From: Rebecca billardiae RCC1528
Taxonomy: Eukaryota > Protista > Haptophyta
Length of the DNA: 64,000 nt
Assembly: GCA_965240325.2 (NCBI GenBank)
Contig: OZ251224.1
Span: 2,108,001-2,172,000 of the forward strand
Direction: 5' to 3'
The notes under the pieces were generated by a model. The model was not told the origin of the DNA, did not search any database, and saw nothing but the letters and a program-made list of their open reading frames with translations. Below, piece by piece: positions 1 through 11,306 of this stretch. Position numbers and translations under genes: made by a program. Numbering within the stretch: the stretch's first letter is position 1; each line of letters starts with the position of its first letter.

Positions 1-516
1 CTCTTCGACGACTCTTCCCACACGTCGAGCTCCTCGTCGACGAAGAGGACGAACGTGGCTGTTCGTGTGCGTGACGCATCATCCACAAAGTCGTCCAGGC
101 GTGGCCCCACCCTGCCTAGCACACCAGCCTCTTCCATGGCCTCACGCTGGGCAGCACCGCTCGGTGATTCGCGTCCCTCGACACCGCCGCCAGGAAATAT
201 GAACTTCCCTGGGGGACACGCATTGATGAGTGGGGTATGATCAGCCTGGCGAGCACGCACGCGTCACTCGCGCGGGCCGAGGTCCTGTCGCACCTTTTTT
301 CTTGATGCTCTCCACGAGGAGCACGTCGATCTTGCCGCTCGAGGTGACACGAATGGGCGCGCAGGCTGCACGCTCTCGCAATCCAGCGAGGCCAAGCCGT
401 CGCATCCAACTCCAGATGAAGCGCCATAGCCCTTTCCAAGACGGTCGCTGCAGGAAGACCGCCATGCTTGTGATGGCGTTCGCCTGGGCGATGGCGGCCT
501 GCATTCGCGTCTTCAT
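1..516 (-). CDS. NUDIX hydrolase, DIPP/NUDT3-like (3' end runs off the window)
   Basis: Removing a GT-AG intron at 293-209 joins RERAACAPIRV...DVLLVESIKKK to GKFIFPGGGVEGRESPSGAAQREAMEEAGVLG, a canonical Nudix box (GX5EX7REUXEEXGU), followed by DEELDVWEE as in the DIPP subfamily. The start codon is uncertain. Confidence 0.85.
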
Positions 517-633
517 TTTCGATTTTAGTACAGCAGCAGCCACAGCCAATTAGTTGCCACAGCGCCACATTTTCGGCTGCTGTGCAAACCGTTCCGCGTC
601 CGCGCCCGCGTACCGGCACCTAGGACCTCCAAG

Positions 634-2625
634 TCAAGCACTGCCGGCCGCCCGGACCACGAGGCGCGACTCAACCTGATAGAAGTTGGCAATCTCGCCG
701 TCCCCGATACCGGGAACCGCACCGCGCATCTGCTCGCGGTGCGCGCGAGGATGGGCAGGCGCCATGTGAGGAATGGCCAGGCGGGTCCCAAGCGAACAGC
801 GCGTGAATAGGTCGCTCGCCGACGGCGCGGTCTGGTGCGCGGCGTACCTGAAGCGCCATGGCACGGCGCAGGACGGCCCGCATGTTGGTGTTGGGGTCGT
901 TCACAGCGAACGTGAACGAGCGCTGCGCGTAGGTCTCCACCCACCATCTGGGCACGCGCCACGCGAGGGATGTGAGCGCGCATGGTAATTCGTGAGGGTG
1001 AGGTACCGTACACCCAGTGCTCTTGGCGCGCTCGGGGTCTAGCGCGCAGCGCGCGCTCACCGTAGCGCCCGTGTGCCGAGCCCGGCCCTGCGGTGCGCTC
1101 TAGACACGAAGAGATGGTGCAGCTGCGGCAGGATGTCGTCGCTCTGCGACTGCCCGGAGTGGAGAATGTATCCGAGCGCCTCGGTTGCTGCGTCCGCGTC
1201 TTCCGCATGCGCGACTGGCACGAGCAAGTGCACGTGAAAGGGTGAGATGATCGCACCGCCGGTGGGGAAGAGGCCGATGCGCTCGTCCTCCGAATGGAAC
1301 TCGGCGCCGAGGCGGCGAAGGCGCTCGTCGGCATAGTTGGTGCAGCGCAAGAACGACAGGGGTGCCTCCTCCGCTGCTGCGCGGGCGTCCATCTGGGCGT
1401 CAATGCGTGCCGCGGCCGAGAAGAGGTTGGCCAAGATCGAGTCGCCTGCGCCCAGCCCACCAGCCAGGCGCTCGGCGCGCGCGAGCTGCGGCTGCTCACG
1501 AGGCTGTTGGGAAGTCGCGGCAGGCGCGACCTCAATGCAAGCCTCGGTATGCGGCCCCGTCGCCGCGGCAGTTGCGTCGGCTCGCCGAACGGGCTCGGGC
1601 CGATGGAACTGAGCCTCCGGCCGCAGGGCGCTGGGCGCACCCGAGCCATGCGCGAATCGCGCGGGCGCAGAGCCGACGGGCATGCCGCCGCCTCCCCCGC
1701 TCAGGCTGCACCCATGAAGCCTCGGCAGCACCGAGCGGGGGTTGTCTCCGGGCAGCTCGCACGCCATGGCACTGGTGGAGTCCGACGCGGTGTCCACGTT
1801 CTGGCCGAGGCTGGTGTGTTCCATGCGCCGAACCACCTGGAGGTAGCCCTCGCACTGCATGTGCTCCCATGCGTGCTGACACACGTCGCCCGCGCCCTCG
1901 CTGCCATCGGAGGATTCGTCGCCCGGAGCCGTGCTGTCGGCGAGCGCGGGCTCGGCACGCGAGAGCGTCGCGCGAGATGCGTCGCGCGAGATCGCGTCAT
2001 TGTCCGGTGTGTCCCCCATCTGTTGTGTCTCTGCGTGCTCGCCGCTCCACGGGACGTCGACCGTGTGAGCTCGTGCCGCCGCGGCGGCGGTTGGTGGCTG
2101 CGGCTGCGCGCCGCGCTCGACGGCGAGCTCGTGGCGATCAAGCTCGTCCCAACTCACCGGCCACTGCCGCCGGCGGAGCGTGGCTAGGAGCGGCGTGGAC
2201 GGCACGCGAACGGCCGTCCTCGAGCAGCTCTGCAGCACGATCTGCATGGCTGCCACGTCAACATGGACGACCACTAGCTCGGAGAGGCGCTCCTGGTTCA
2301 CGTGCTCGCGCACAGCATCGAGGGCGAGCAGCTCGCCCCAGAGCGCGTCATCAGCGCTGGCAGATACAACCACGTGCCTCTGCGCGCCCGCCTCCTCCAT
2401 CCGCAGTCCTACTCCACCCTTGCCGAAGCCGCGCTCGGGCAAGAAAGCCAGGGTGCGCGCCGTCTCGCGCCGGCCGAGCGGCAGCAGCCACCGGGCGCGC
2501 TTGGGGCCCTTGTGCCCGTACGTGCGCAGGCTTTCGATGGGTGCGGCGAGTGGCGTACTCGAGGCGTGCCGCGATGGCGATCCAGGGGTCTCTTCCGCGG
2601 CCTCCAGCTCGTCCGCGCGCGCCAT
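634..2625 (-). CDS. Protein with C-terminal GNAT-like acetyltransferase fold
   Basis: The ORF from MARADELE contains LHHLFVSRAHRRAGLGTRALR, a GNAT motif A (R-x-x-G-x-G). Predicted intron 1060-948 continues into WWVETYAQRSFTFAVNDPN. A probable second intron at 847-730 leads to a stop at 634; without it the stop is at 671. Confidence 0.6.
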
Positions 2626-2888
2626 CGCCCACGTGTCCGAATCGCGCACGGCAGCGCGCTTCGCCGCGTGTGGCTCGGTGGGGGCCTTGGTGTGCGCTCG
2701 AGATGGGATGGCGTCGGCACGCCCGCCCGTATCGAAGGTCTCGCCGTCCGCCGCCGGCCTCACGCGACGCGTCGCCGGCGGCGACGATGGGTGCGAGACG
2801 CGCGGCATCCTGCGGGCGTCAGTATACGTGGGCCTGGCCCCCCAGCAGCCTGCGGGACCCGCCTTTTCGGCAGCGCCCGCCCACACCG

Positions 2889-5800
2889 GAGACCCCTTCA
2901 GGGAAATCGTGCTCGGCTGGGGTCGCGGCTGCGCTGGCGGCTGAGGTCGGACCTCAGCCAAGGGAGTCAAGGGTGCCCGCGCCCCAGTGGCGCGCTCGGC
3001 GGATGTTGGGATACACCTTTTTGCCCGCGGCCCTGCGGCGGCGGCGGCGATGGCGTGCTCCGCTGGCGGGGCGAGCGCACGGGGCACGGCGCTGCGGGCG
3101 CGGATGTGCCCGCGACGCCGGCGCGTGCGGACGGGCTGTTGCGGGAGAGCATCTGGCGCCCTCCTGCGCCGCGCGACTTGCGCCACGCCTCTTTCGCCTC
3201 GGCTCAGAGCAGCGCGCACGCACGCGCCGCCTCAAGGCCAGCCTTGCCGCGCCGCAGCCGACCGCGCGCGCGCCGTGCGCGGCGTGGTCGGGAAGGAACG
3301 GGCGCTGCTGCCGGGCGAGATGGCGACGTCATAGGCGCACGCCATGCCGCCCCGCCACGCCTTGACGAGAGTGTCGTCGGTCCGTTTGCACGCCTTTTCG
3401 ACTTGTCACAAATGGTGTGCACTGCCTCGCGGTCGTGACCGTTGTCGGGACGATCATTGAGACACAGAACAGTGCCAGACGGGCACGCGGGCTACTCTTA
3501 CATGAATGTTCATCACCGCGTGGTCATGTAGAAGTGCTGGGTGCGACGCTTTCCTCGCGCTGATGCTCTTTCATCATCTTCTTCGAGCTCAGGTCTGGCT
3601 TCAGGCACGGCAAGAAATCAGCACTCGTCAACAGCTGTGCGGATCCGTTCTCGTGCTCTTTCGCGGCGCCGCGGGGCGGCATGGCGTGCGCCCATGACGT
3701 CGCCATCTCGCCCGGCAGCAGCGCCCGTTCCTTCCCGACCACGCCGCGCACGGCGCGCGCGCGGTCGGCTGCGGCGCGGCAAGGCTGGCCTTGAGGCGGC
3801 GCGTGCGTGCGCGCTGCTCTGAGCCGAGGCGAAAGAGGCGTGGCGCAAGTCGCGCGTCGCAGGAGGGCGCCCGATACTCTCCCGCAACAGCCCGTCCGCA
3901 CGCGCCGGCTTCGCGGGCACATCCGCGCCCGCAGCGCCGTGCCCCGTGCGCTCGCCCCGCCAGCGGAGCACGCCATCGCCGCCGCCGCCGCAGGGCGCCG
4001 GGCAAAAAGGTGTATCCCAACATCCGCCGAGCGCGCCACTGGGGCGCGGGCACCCTTGACTCCCTTGCCTCAGCCGAGCCGAGGCCGGCTGAGGTCGATC
4101 TCCACATACGGGGAAAGCGCGAGATAGTAGGCGCCGCGCGCGCCGCGGCGCCTTGCGCCTCCTCGCACGTCGCACCGACGCGTGGCACGCGACTCACGCG
4201 GCTGCGCATCGGCGCTGAGGTACAATGGTCCATCCGCGCCGATCGCGCGCGTGCGCACGCCCTTCCTCGCCGCTGCGGCAGGCGCACGCGCTTCGCGAGC
4301 CGCCATGCGTGCGCTGGGAGGCAAAAGCGCTCGCGCGCGGCGAGGCACGTTGAACGCCCCAGACGCAGCGATGCGTCGTATGGCGTAGCACATGTCACAC
4401 ACGTGCCCTCAGCTTCGCGTGGCGCCGCGCGTGTGCACGGTCTCGGCGGTGCGCGTCGCGCGCTTTGCGCAGCCGCCAGCACACAGCCAGCTGACCGACG
4501 TGCGCGCGGCGTCGTCGAGTGGGCTGTGCACTGCGCGCACGAGGCGTGGCGCTGCGTGCGTGGCTCGTGGATGGCATTATGCCCGCGCTCTGCGCCCCGC
4601 CTGGCGCTTGGCCAGCGCTGTGTACCTCCGCGGCCAAGCTGTTCCGCGGCGTGGCAGACGGTGCGATCGCAGGGCGCGGCCGGTTCCAGCCGCCGGCTCG
4701 CCGGCCATGCGCACCGGGACATGCGGTGCCATGTCGGCCTCGCGAGCGCGCGCGGGTGCCACGCAGTGATGCGACTGCCCCTCGGCGGCCGCAGGGCGGT
4801 CGCGGCCGCAGCCTGGCGCCCTGGGATCGCGCATGGCGGTCAGCTCATGCAGCAGGCAGATGAGCACGACAGCAGCTTGGCGCACTGTGAATATGCCGCG
4901 GCCATATGCTGGTTCTAGCTCGCCTCTCGGACGAGTGACCGAGACTCGTCAGCCCACGCCATTTGGTTGTCGGTAGCAAGCGGGTGGACTTCCGCTGGCG
5001 CTGCTGATCAATAGGCTGTCGCAGCAACATATCGTCGCCTACGTTGCTAGCTGGCATCTCTCATCTGCTCAGCGGCTCTGTGACTGTGGACTGGGCCGTG
5101 CATGCGACACAGCCACAGGCATGCTGCACGGTTTTGGCAGCCATCGAGTCACAATGCGACGAATCCAGCCGCCAGACTTGACATGTGCGCAACCTGCCCG
5201 GCAAATGGCAAAGCCTCCATCTCAGAGACATGCCAAGTTGTTCTCGAGTTGCGCTGCACCTGATGACAATACCCGACCTGTGCACTTCGGCTGCTGTCCG
5301 AACTAAACACCGTAGGCCGCAACCAGCTTGTCAATCAGATCAGCAGCGGGGGACGAGATGAGCCAGGCTGCGGCCGCGACCGCCCTGCGGCCGCCGAGGG
5401 GCAGTCGCATCACTGCGTGGCACCCGCGCGCGCTCGCGAGGCCGACATGGCACCGCATGTCCCGGTGCGCATGGCCGGCGAGCCGGCGGCTGGAACCGGC
5501 CGCGCCCTGCGATCGCACCGTCTGCCACGCCGCGGAACAGCTTGGCCGCGGAGGTACACAGCGCTGGCCAAGCGCCAGGCGGGGCGCAGAGCGCGGGCAT
5601 AATGCCATCCACGAGCCACGCACGCAGCGCCACGCCTCGTGCGCGCAGTGCACAGCCCACTCGACGACGCCGCGCGCACGTCGGTCAGCTGGCTGTGTGC
5701 TGGCGGCTGCGCAAAGCGCGCGACGCGCACCGCCGAGACCGTGCACACGCGCGGCGCCACGCGAAGCTGAGGGCACGTGTGTGACATGTGCTACGCCATA

Positions 5801-6174
5801 CGACGCATCGCTGCGTCTGGGGCGTTCAACGTGCCTCGCCGCGCGCGAGCGCTTTTGCCTCCCAGCGCACGCATGGCGGCTCGCGAAGCGCGTGCGCCTG
5901 CCGCAGCGGCGAGGAAGGGCGTGCGCACGCGCGCGATCGGCGCGGATGGACCATTGTACCTCAGCGCCGATGCGCAGCCGCGTGAGTCGCGTGCCACGCG
6001 TCGGTGCGACGTGCGAGGAGGCGCAAGGCGCCGCGGCGCGCGCGGCGCCTACTATCTCGCGCTTTCCCCGTATGTGGAGATCGACCTCAGCCGGCCTCGG
6101 CTCGGCTGAGGTCCGACCTCAGCCGCCAGCGCAGCCGCGACCCCAGCCGAGCACGATTTCCCTGAAGGGGTCTC
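2889..6174. mobile_element. Non-autonomous long-TIR (foldback) DNA transposon, ~813-bp TIRs, 5-bp TSD CACCG
   Basis: The right arm 5362-6174 is the reverse complement of 2889-2958 plus 4075-4817; the left arm is interrupted by a nested element. Ends are GAGACCCC...GGGGTCTC, with CACCG at 2884-2888 and 6175-6179. Confidence 0.85.
2959..4067. mobile_element. Nested non-autonomous foldback element, P-superfamily-like (CAAGG ends, 7-bp TSD)
   Basis: 397-bp near-perfect inverted arms at 2959-3355 and 3671-4067. The direct repeat CCTCAGC at 2952-2958 and 4068-4074 occurs only once at the matching position of the uninterrupted host arm. Confidence 0.85.
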
Positions 6175-6328
6175 CACCGGCAGCGCGCGCGCGGCAGCGC
6201 GCGCCTGTTCGATCGCCACCAATACTGTACCGCTCGCCAGTCCCAAGTCGAGAATCCGGCCGCGCGCGCGCGGGCCCGACTTCAGACTCCATCGTAAAGT
6301 CGTGGATTCGGCGCGTACACGCCGCGAC

Positions 6329-8318
6329 ATGGCGCGGCGCCTCGGGCTCCTCGCAGCGCTGGTGGCGCCCTGCGCGGGCTTTGGCTGGTTCTCGACGGGC
6401 AGTGGGGGGCCGTCCGTGCACACCATCTTCTCCACCGAATGCAATCCTTACTTCGACTGGCAGAGCATAGGCGTCATGTTTTCACACCGCCTCGCGGGCC
6501 AGCCGGGTAAGATCACGCGCCTGAGCGCGTGCGCGGAGGCGAAGCGGAAGCCGCACATGGACGCCAAGATTGGCGCGACGCACTACCACCCGAGCTGGGC
6601 CCACCACCCGACCAACGGGGACCACTACACCGCGTACAACATGCCGGCCTCCGTGATCCACTGGTTTGAGCACGCCAAGCCCAAGGAGGAGTACGTGATC
6701 TACATGGACGGTGCGCGGCCCTGCCGCGCGCGCCTGCCGGGGCGCGTTGGCGCGTGTGGGGTGTGCGCGCGGGCAACCCCGCGCGCCTGGACGCGCCGCC
6801 GACGCTCTCGCCCCGCTGGCGCGCGTGCGCGGCCGGTCGCTCCTTCCGCGCGCGCCAGGCGACATGACGATCCGCCGCCCGATCGACCCGGCCGCGCTGG
6901 GGGTGCGGCGCGGCGTGGCGCTCGGCGCGCGGTACGAGTACCTGTACGGGCTGACGAACGGGATCATCGACAACTTCGCCGTGCCGAACAAGGAGCTCGC
7001 CCCCCCCGTCGGCGGCGTGTACATCCTGCACGCCGACGACTTCCGCGCGCTCGCCAAGCGCTGGCTGTACTGGACGGAGCGCTTCCGCATGGAACCTTTC
7101 CGCTACTGGGAGAACGCGAGCGACCCGAACGCGTCGGCGGCGGACCTAGCGACGGGCGACATCTTCGTCAAGCGCGGCCACCCGCCGTGGATCTCGGCGA
7201 TGTACGGGTACAGCTTCGCCGCGGCGGAGCTCGGCATCCGGCACGTGATTCCGGATGACCTGATGCTTTACGCGGGCGGGCACTGGCTTCCGGTCGAGCG
7301 CACGCCGATCCCGCCGCTGCCGATGATCATCCACTACGGGCTGCCGTGGCAGGAGTCGGGCACGCTCTACGACAAGCAGAACTACCGCACGGTCGACGTG
7401 CTCGGGCGCACGTGCCCGCCGCGCTACTTCATCTCGGCGGGCCTCTCGGTTGCGGCGGTGCTGGGCAACAGGTCGCTCGAGCTGATCGACAAGTTTGGCT
7501 CTCTGCTCACGCTCGAGACGGTCTGCCTCGTGAACGTGGCGCTCGGCGAGTTCTACGCGCGGCAGTGCGAGGGGTCCGCGCAGCGGCTCGCGCCGCCGGC
7601 GTGCCCGCTGCGCGAGGCGCAGCACGCGCTCGCCGCGCTCGAGGTGTGCCGAGACGCGCGCGCCGACTGCCCCGAGCGCGCGCGCCGCGGCGAGTGTAAG
7701 ACCGACCCGGCCGACACGCGCACGCAGTGCCGGCGTAGCTGCCGCGCGTGCGCCATCCACGACGCGCCGGATGAGGCGAAGCGCAAGCCAGCCGTGCAGC
7801 TCGCCGCGAGGCTCGACGAGCTCCGTGAGCCGCCGCCCGCCGCTCGCGACTGCGCCGACGCGGCCGGCGCGGCCGCGTGCGAGCTCGCCTTTGTGCGCGG
7901 CGAGTGCGGCGCGCGCGGCGCCGAGTGCGCGCTCAGCTGCGGCGCGTGCCCGCACGGGGCGTCGGCGAGCGGCGGCGGCAGCGAGGCGTCGGGTGCGTCC
8001 GACGCCGACCGCGCCGACTGTGCCGCGTGGGTGCGGATGGGCGAGTGCCTGCACAACGCGGCGGCCATGGAGCTCGCGTGCCCACACACGTGCGCCAGGC
8101 GCGCGGCCGCCATTGAGGCCGCGGCTGCGGCCGAGGCTGCGGCCGAGGCCGCCGCGGAGTCAGGCGACGACGTCCCCACGCCGCGCCCCTGCGCCGACCA
8201 GCACGAGCAGTGCCGGGGATGGGCCATTCATAACGAGTGCGACACCAACCCCGCCTTCATGCTCGCGGAGTGCTGCAAGAGCTGCCGAGAGCTGCGGTAC
8301 CACCGCGATGAGCTCTGA
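6329..8318 (+). CDS. Peptidyl-serine alpha-galactosyltransferase / HPAT-like glycosyltransferase with ShKT-like domains, ER-retained
   Basis: Signal peptide, then VHTIFSTECNPYFDWQS...GQPGKITRL...YNMPASVIHW...YMDGDMTIRRP across intron 6711-6858, and WISAMYGYSFAAA. C-terminal Cys-rich ShKT-type repeats (e.g. CADQHEQCRGWAIHNECDTNPAFMLAECCKSC). Ends in RDEL. Confidence 0.85.
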
Positions 8319-8696
8319 CCGTCTGAAGCTCGCGTGTCGTCCAGCCACTGAGCCAGACGTCCACGTTCGCGGCGGTGTTGTCTGATTCGTGACCGTTGTT
8401 GTCACGTGGCCACGCCTGCCCGGCTCCGGCTTCGGTTGACCCCCTAAGTTCGGTCACTGAAGCGTTACATCTGCTTGTGATTAATTGACAATGACATTAT
8501 CATGGCGGACGATATCGATCGGTAATGATATCGGCGGGATCGCCGCCGCGCCTCTGATGATCTACAAATTCTACGACAATAATCGCGCTCCTAGACCACT
8601 GCCCCAGGCGGTCCCAGTTGGAGTTGGACGATATGACGCTGACGCGGCCAGATGGATCATGACGATCAGCCAAACCTCCAGTAGTAGATCGACCTA

Positions 8697-8844
8697 GGTT
8701 CAGACTCTATTTTGTAGAAATAACAACCGAGTCTCCGGGTGCCATTTCGCATATGTATACATGTGTCCGGATCGCTTCCGGACTGTGCTGAAACCTGAGT
8801 AAGGAACGGGTAATACATAGCTAGTAAAATAGACGGTCTGAACC
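8697..8844. mobile_element. Small MITE-like element flanked by TA
   Basis: TA|GGTTCAGAC-TCTATTTT ... AAAATAGA-CG-GTCTGAACC|TA imperfect TIR around an AT-rich interior. Confidence 0.45.
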
Positions 8845-9200
8845 TATGTTTAGGGAGGTGGTCTGATGCCCCAAGTTTCTCGAATCTCGTTGAGGTCATC
8901 AATTGGGGGTCGGAAGGGACTCGGCTGCATGGTCCGCTTGGTAGTTGACCTCGGCTCAGGGCCAAGACGTAACGGTGGCACTGCTCTTTCCTGCAATCCT
9001 GCTGGCGGTGCCAATCCGGCCAGCCGCCCCGACCGGCACCTGCAGGACTTTCATTAATAATGGGCTCCGGGTGATCACCCCGGCGGCTGGGCGTGGCGAG
9101 TGTTTTCCGAGTCACGTTGAGATTGCCGCCCGGGCCGGCGGAGCGGCGGCCATCAACAGGGGCGGTCTCACGCGCCCAGCCCTCGACGGCGGCGCACGGC

Positions 9201-10853
9201 ATGTCGAAGATATCCATCCACGTCCCTCGCCCGGACGACAGCTCGGGCGGCGCGGCGCGGCAAGCCCGCACGGCTGCTCGAGTACAGCACGCTATGAACG
9301 ATTTTTTCGACGAGAGCCTCGAGGACGTGAGGCGGCTGGGCCATCTCGCAGAGCAGGCGGGCCCTGCAAACGCGAGTGCGCATGCCATGATCGCGCGCAA
9401 AGCCCGGGCCGGCGATGCCGCCTGGCAATACAAACTTGGACTGCGCTTCAACCTCGGCATTGGTACCGCCGTCGACGACGAGCGAGCGCAGGAGTTGTTC
9501 CGCAAGGCTGCGGAGCAGGGCCACACGGAGGCGTGCTACGCGCTCGGGCACCTCCTTAACCTTGAGCCGGGCCCAGAAGGGTCGCCGGAGGCAATGAGCT
9601 GGTATCGCCGTGCCGCCGCAGGCGGACACGCAAAGGCCCATTTTGAACTCGGCGCGCACGTGATTATGGACGAGCGTAAGTGCAGCGATAAGGCCCAGCT
9701 CGCTGAGGGGCAGGGGCACCTGCTGGCTGCGGCTGAGGCTGGCGACTTGATGGCGATGGAGGTGCTCGCGCACAGCTACCGCATCGGCATCGACGGCCGC
9801 TTCACCGACCCAGCGGCCGCCGTGCACTGGTACGAGCGGATGTATAAGATTGGCAAGTGGATGCCCGACAGCCTCATCAACCTGCCGGACTTGCTCGTGG
9901 CCGGCAAGGGCGTCGAGAAGAATTATGCGCGCGCCATCACGATCTACCGTGACATCGTGGATCGTGGCACATCTAACTTTACTGACCAGGCGGCCATCAT
10001 CGTGACACATGCACTGGCGCGGGGAGAGGCGATGTACGCGCTTGGCATGGTGTCAGAGCTCGGGCTGGGCGTGCCCAAGGACATGAACGAGGCCGCGCAG
10101 TGGTACCTGCAAGCAGTCGTGACGAGCGTCGGGCCGGGCAAGGCGCAGCCGTCTCTGCGTCTGGGCCTGTGCTGCCTGCGTGGGCATGTGCCCGAGCGCA
10201 TGGTGAAGGTGGAAAGTTCTGAGCACGCGGCGGCGGCAGGCTTATTTCGCACAGCATTTGACGAGGCGACCCCCGAGAAGTGCCAGGAGGAGTTGGCGAA
10301 TATCGATGTTGCCGGGTTGCCTTCGTGCTTTGGCGTGAAGCGCGACCTGCGCGACACGCGCGCTCGCGCTGCCTACGAGCTCGCATTGCTGCACAGCGCA
10401 GGGAGCGGTGTCGAGCAAGACGACGAGCGAGCGCAGGAGCTGCTTCAGTTCGCGGCGGAGGCGGGGCTTCACCGCGCGGTGATTCGGGTGCACGGCTCCG
10501 ATGAGGCGTCTGCCTGTTGGCATTGCGGAACGCGCAGCATCGCGCCCAGGCTGTGCTCCGGATGCCACTCCACGCGCTTCTGCTCGAACGCCTGCCTCTC
10601 GGCGGCGTGGCCTCAGCACAAGCCGGAGTGCCGCGAGCTGCGGCGTGCGCGCGACGCAGTGATGGCGTCAGACGGGGCTTCTCCGCCGAAAGCTGAGAAG
10701 AGCGACAAGGCTCGGAGCAGGGCGGGGCGCCGAGGACTCGATCTGCTTGAGCAGGCCTGCCTGGACGCAGAGGGGGAGCAGTCTCAGTCTGATGAGCAGG
10801 TTGCTGCCGGCAGCGACGGTGCCACATCGGGCACATCTGCAACGGAGACCTAG
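9201..10853 (+). CDS. Sel1-repeat protein with MYND-type zinc finger
   Basis: Multiple Sel1 repeats (AQELFRKAAEQGHTEACYALG, GLGVPKDMNEAAQWY) and CWHC...CSGCHSTRFCSNACLSAAWPQHKPEC. Confidence 0.9.
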   Translation: MSKISIHVPRPDDSSGGAARQARTAARVQHAMNDFFDESLEDVRRLGHLAEQAGPANASAHAMIARKARAGDAAWQYKLGLRFNLGIGTAVDDERAQELFRKAAEQGHTEACYALGHLLNLEPGPEGSPEAMSWYRRAAAGGHAKAHFELGAHVIMDERKCSDKAQLAEGQGHLLAAAEAGDLMAMEVLAHSYRIGIDGRFTDPAAAVHWYERMYKIGKWMPDSLINLPDLLVAGKGVEKNYARAITIYRDIVDRGTSNFTDQAAIIVTHALARGEAMYALGMVSELGLGVPKDMNEAAQWYLQAVVTSVGPGKAQPSLRLGLCCLRGHVPERMVKVESSEHAAAAGLFRTAFDEATPEKCQEELANIDVAGLPSCFGVKRDLRDTRARAAYELALLHSAGSGVEQDDERAQELLQFAAEAGLHRAVIRVHGSDEASACWHCGTRSIAPRLCSGCHSTRFCSNACLSAAWPQHKPECRELRRARDAVMASDGASPPKAEKSDKARSRAGRRGLDLLEQACLDAEGEQSQSDEQVAAGSDGATSGTSATET

Positions 10854-11306
10854 AATCGGTAGAATCCCGGCCCGACTGGCCGCAGGCGCCGCAGTGACGC
10901 GACACTCAGCTCTCCGAGGCTGCTCGAGCACCTGCACCGTACTGTACATACCCTCGGCTCGAGCCGACGCCTTGGCTGCAGGTCTCGTCGGTGCATCCGT
11001 TATCAGTAGACTTTTTGGGGAATTACTACCAGGTCGCTGCGGTGCATGCGGCCTCCCTACAGTACTGTAGTTGTACTACTAGCTTCGTAGCACTCAGCTA
11101 CATTGACAGTTGATTGACTTCGCAGCGGCGAGACCATTGTCATCCGCAGCCCCGGCCCGTGCGCGCACCAAGGCCGTCGGAAATTATCGCGTCGTTGGAT
11201 TTTCTTTGGCTTGACGTAGTAATTGCCGCTGGGAAATGGAGGGCGAGCACGCAAGGCGCGTACAAGGGCGGGCGGCTGTGGCGTGCGCGCCCGCCGGCAC
11301 ACCACA

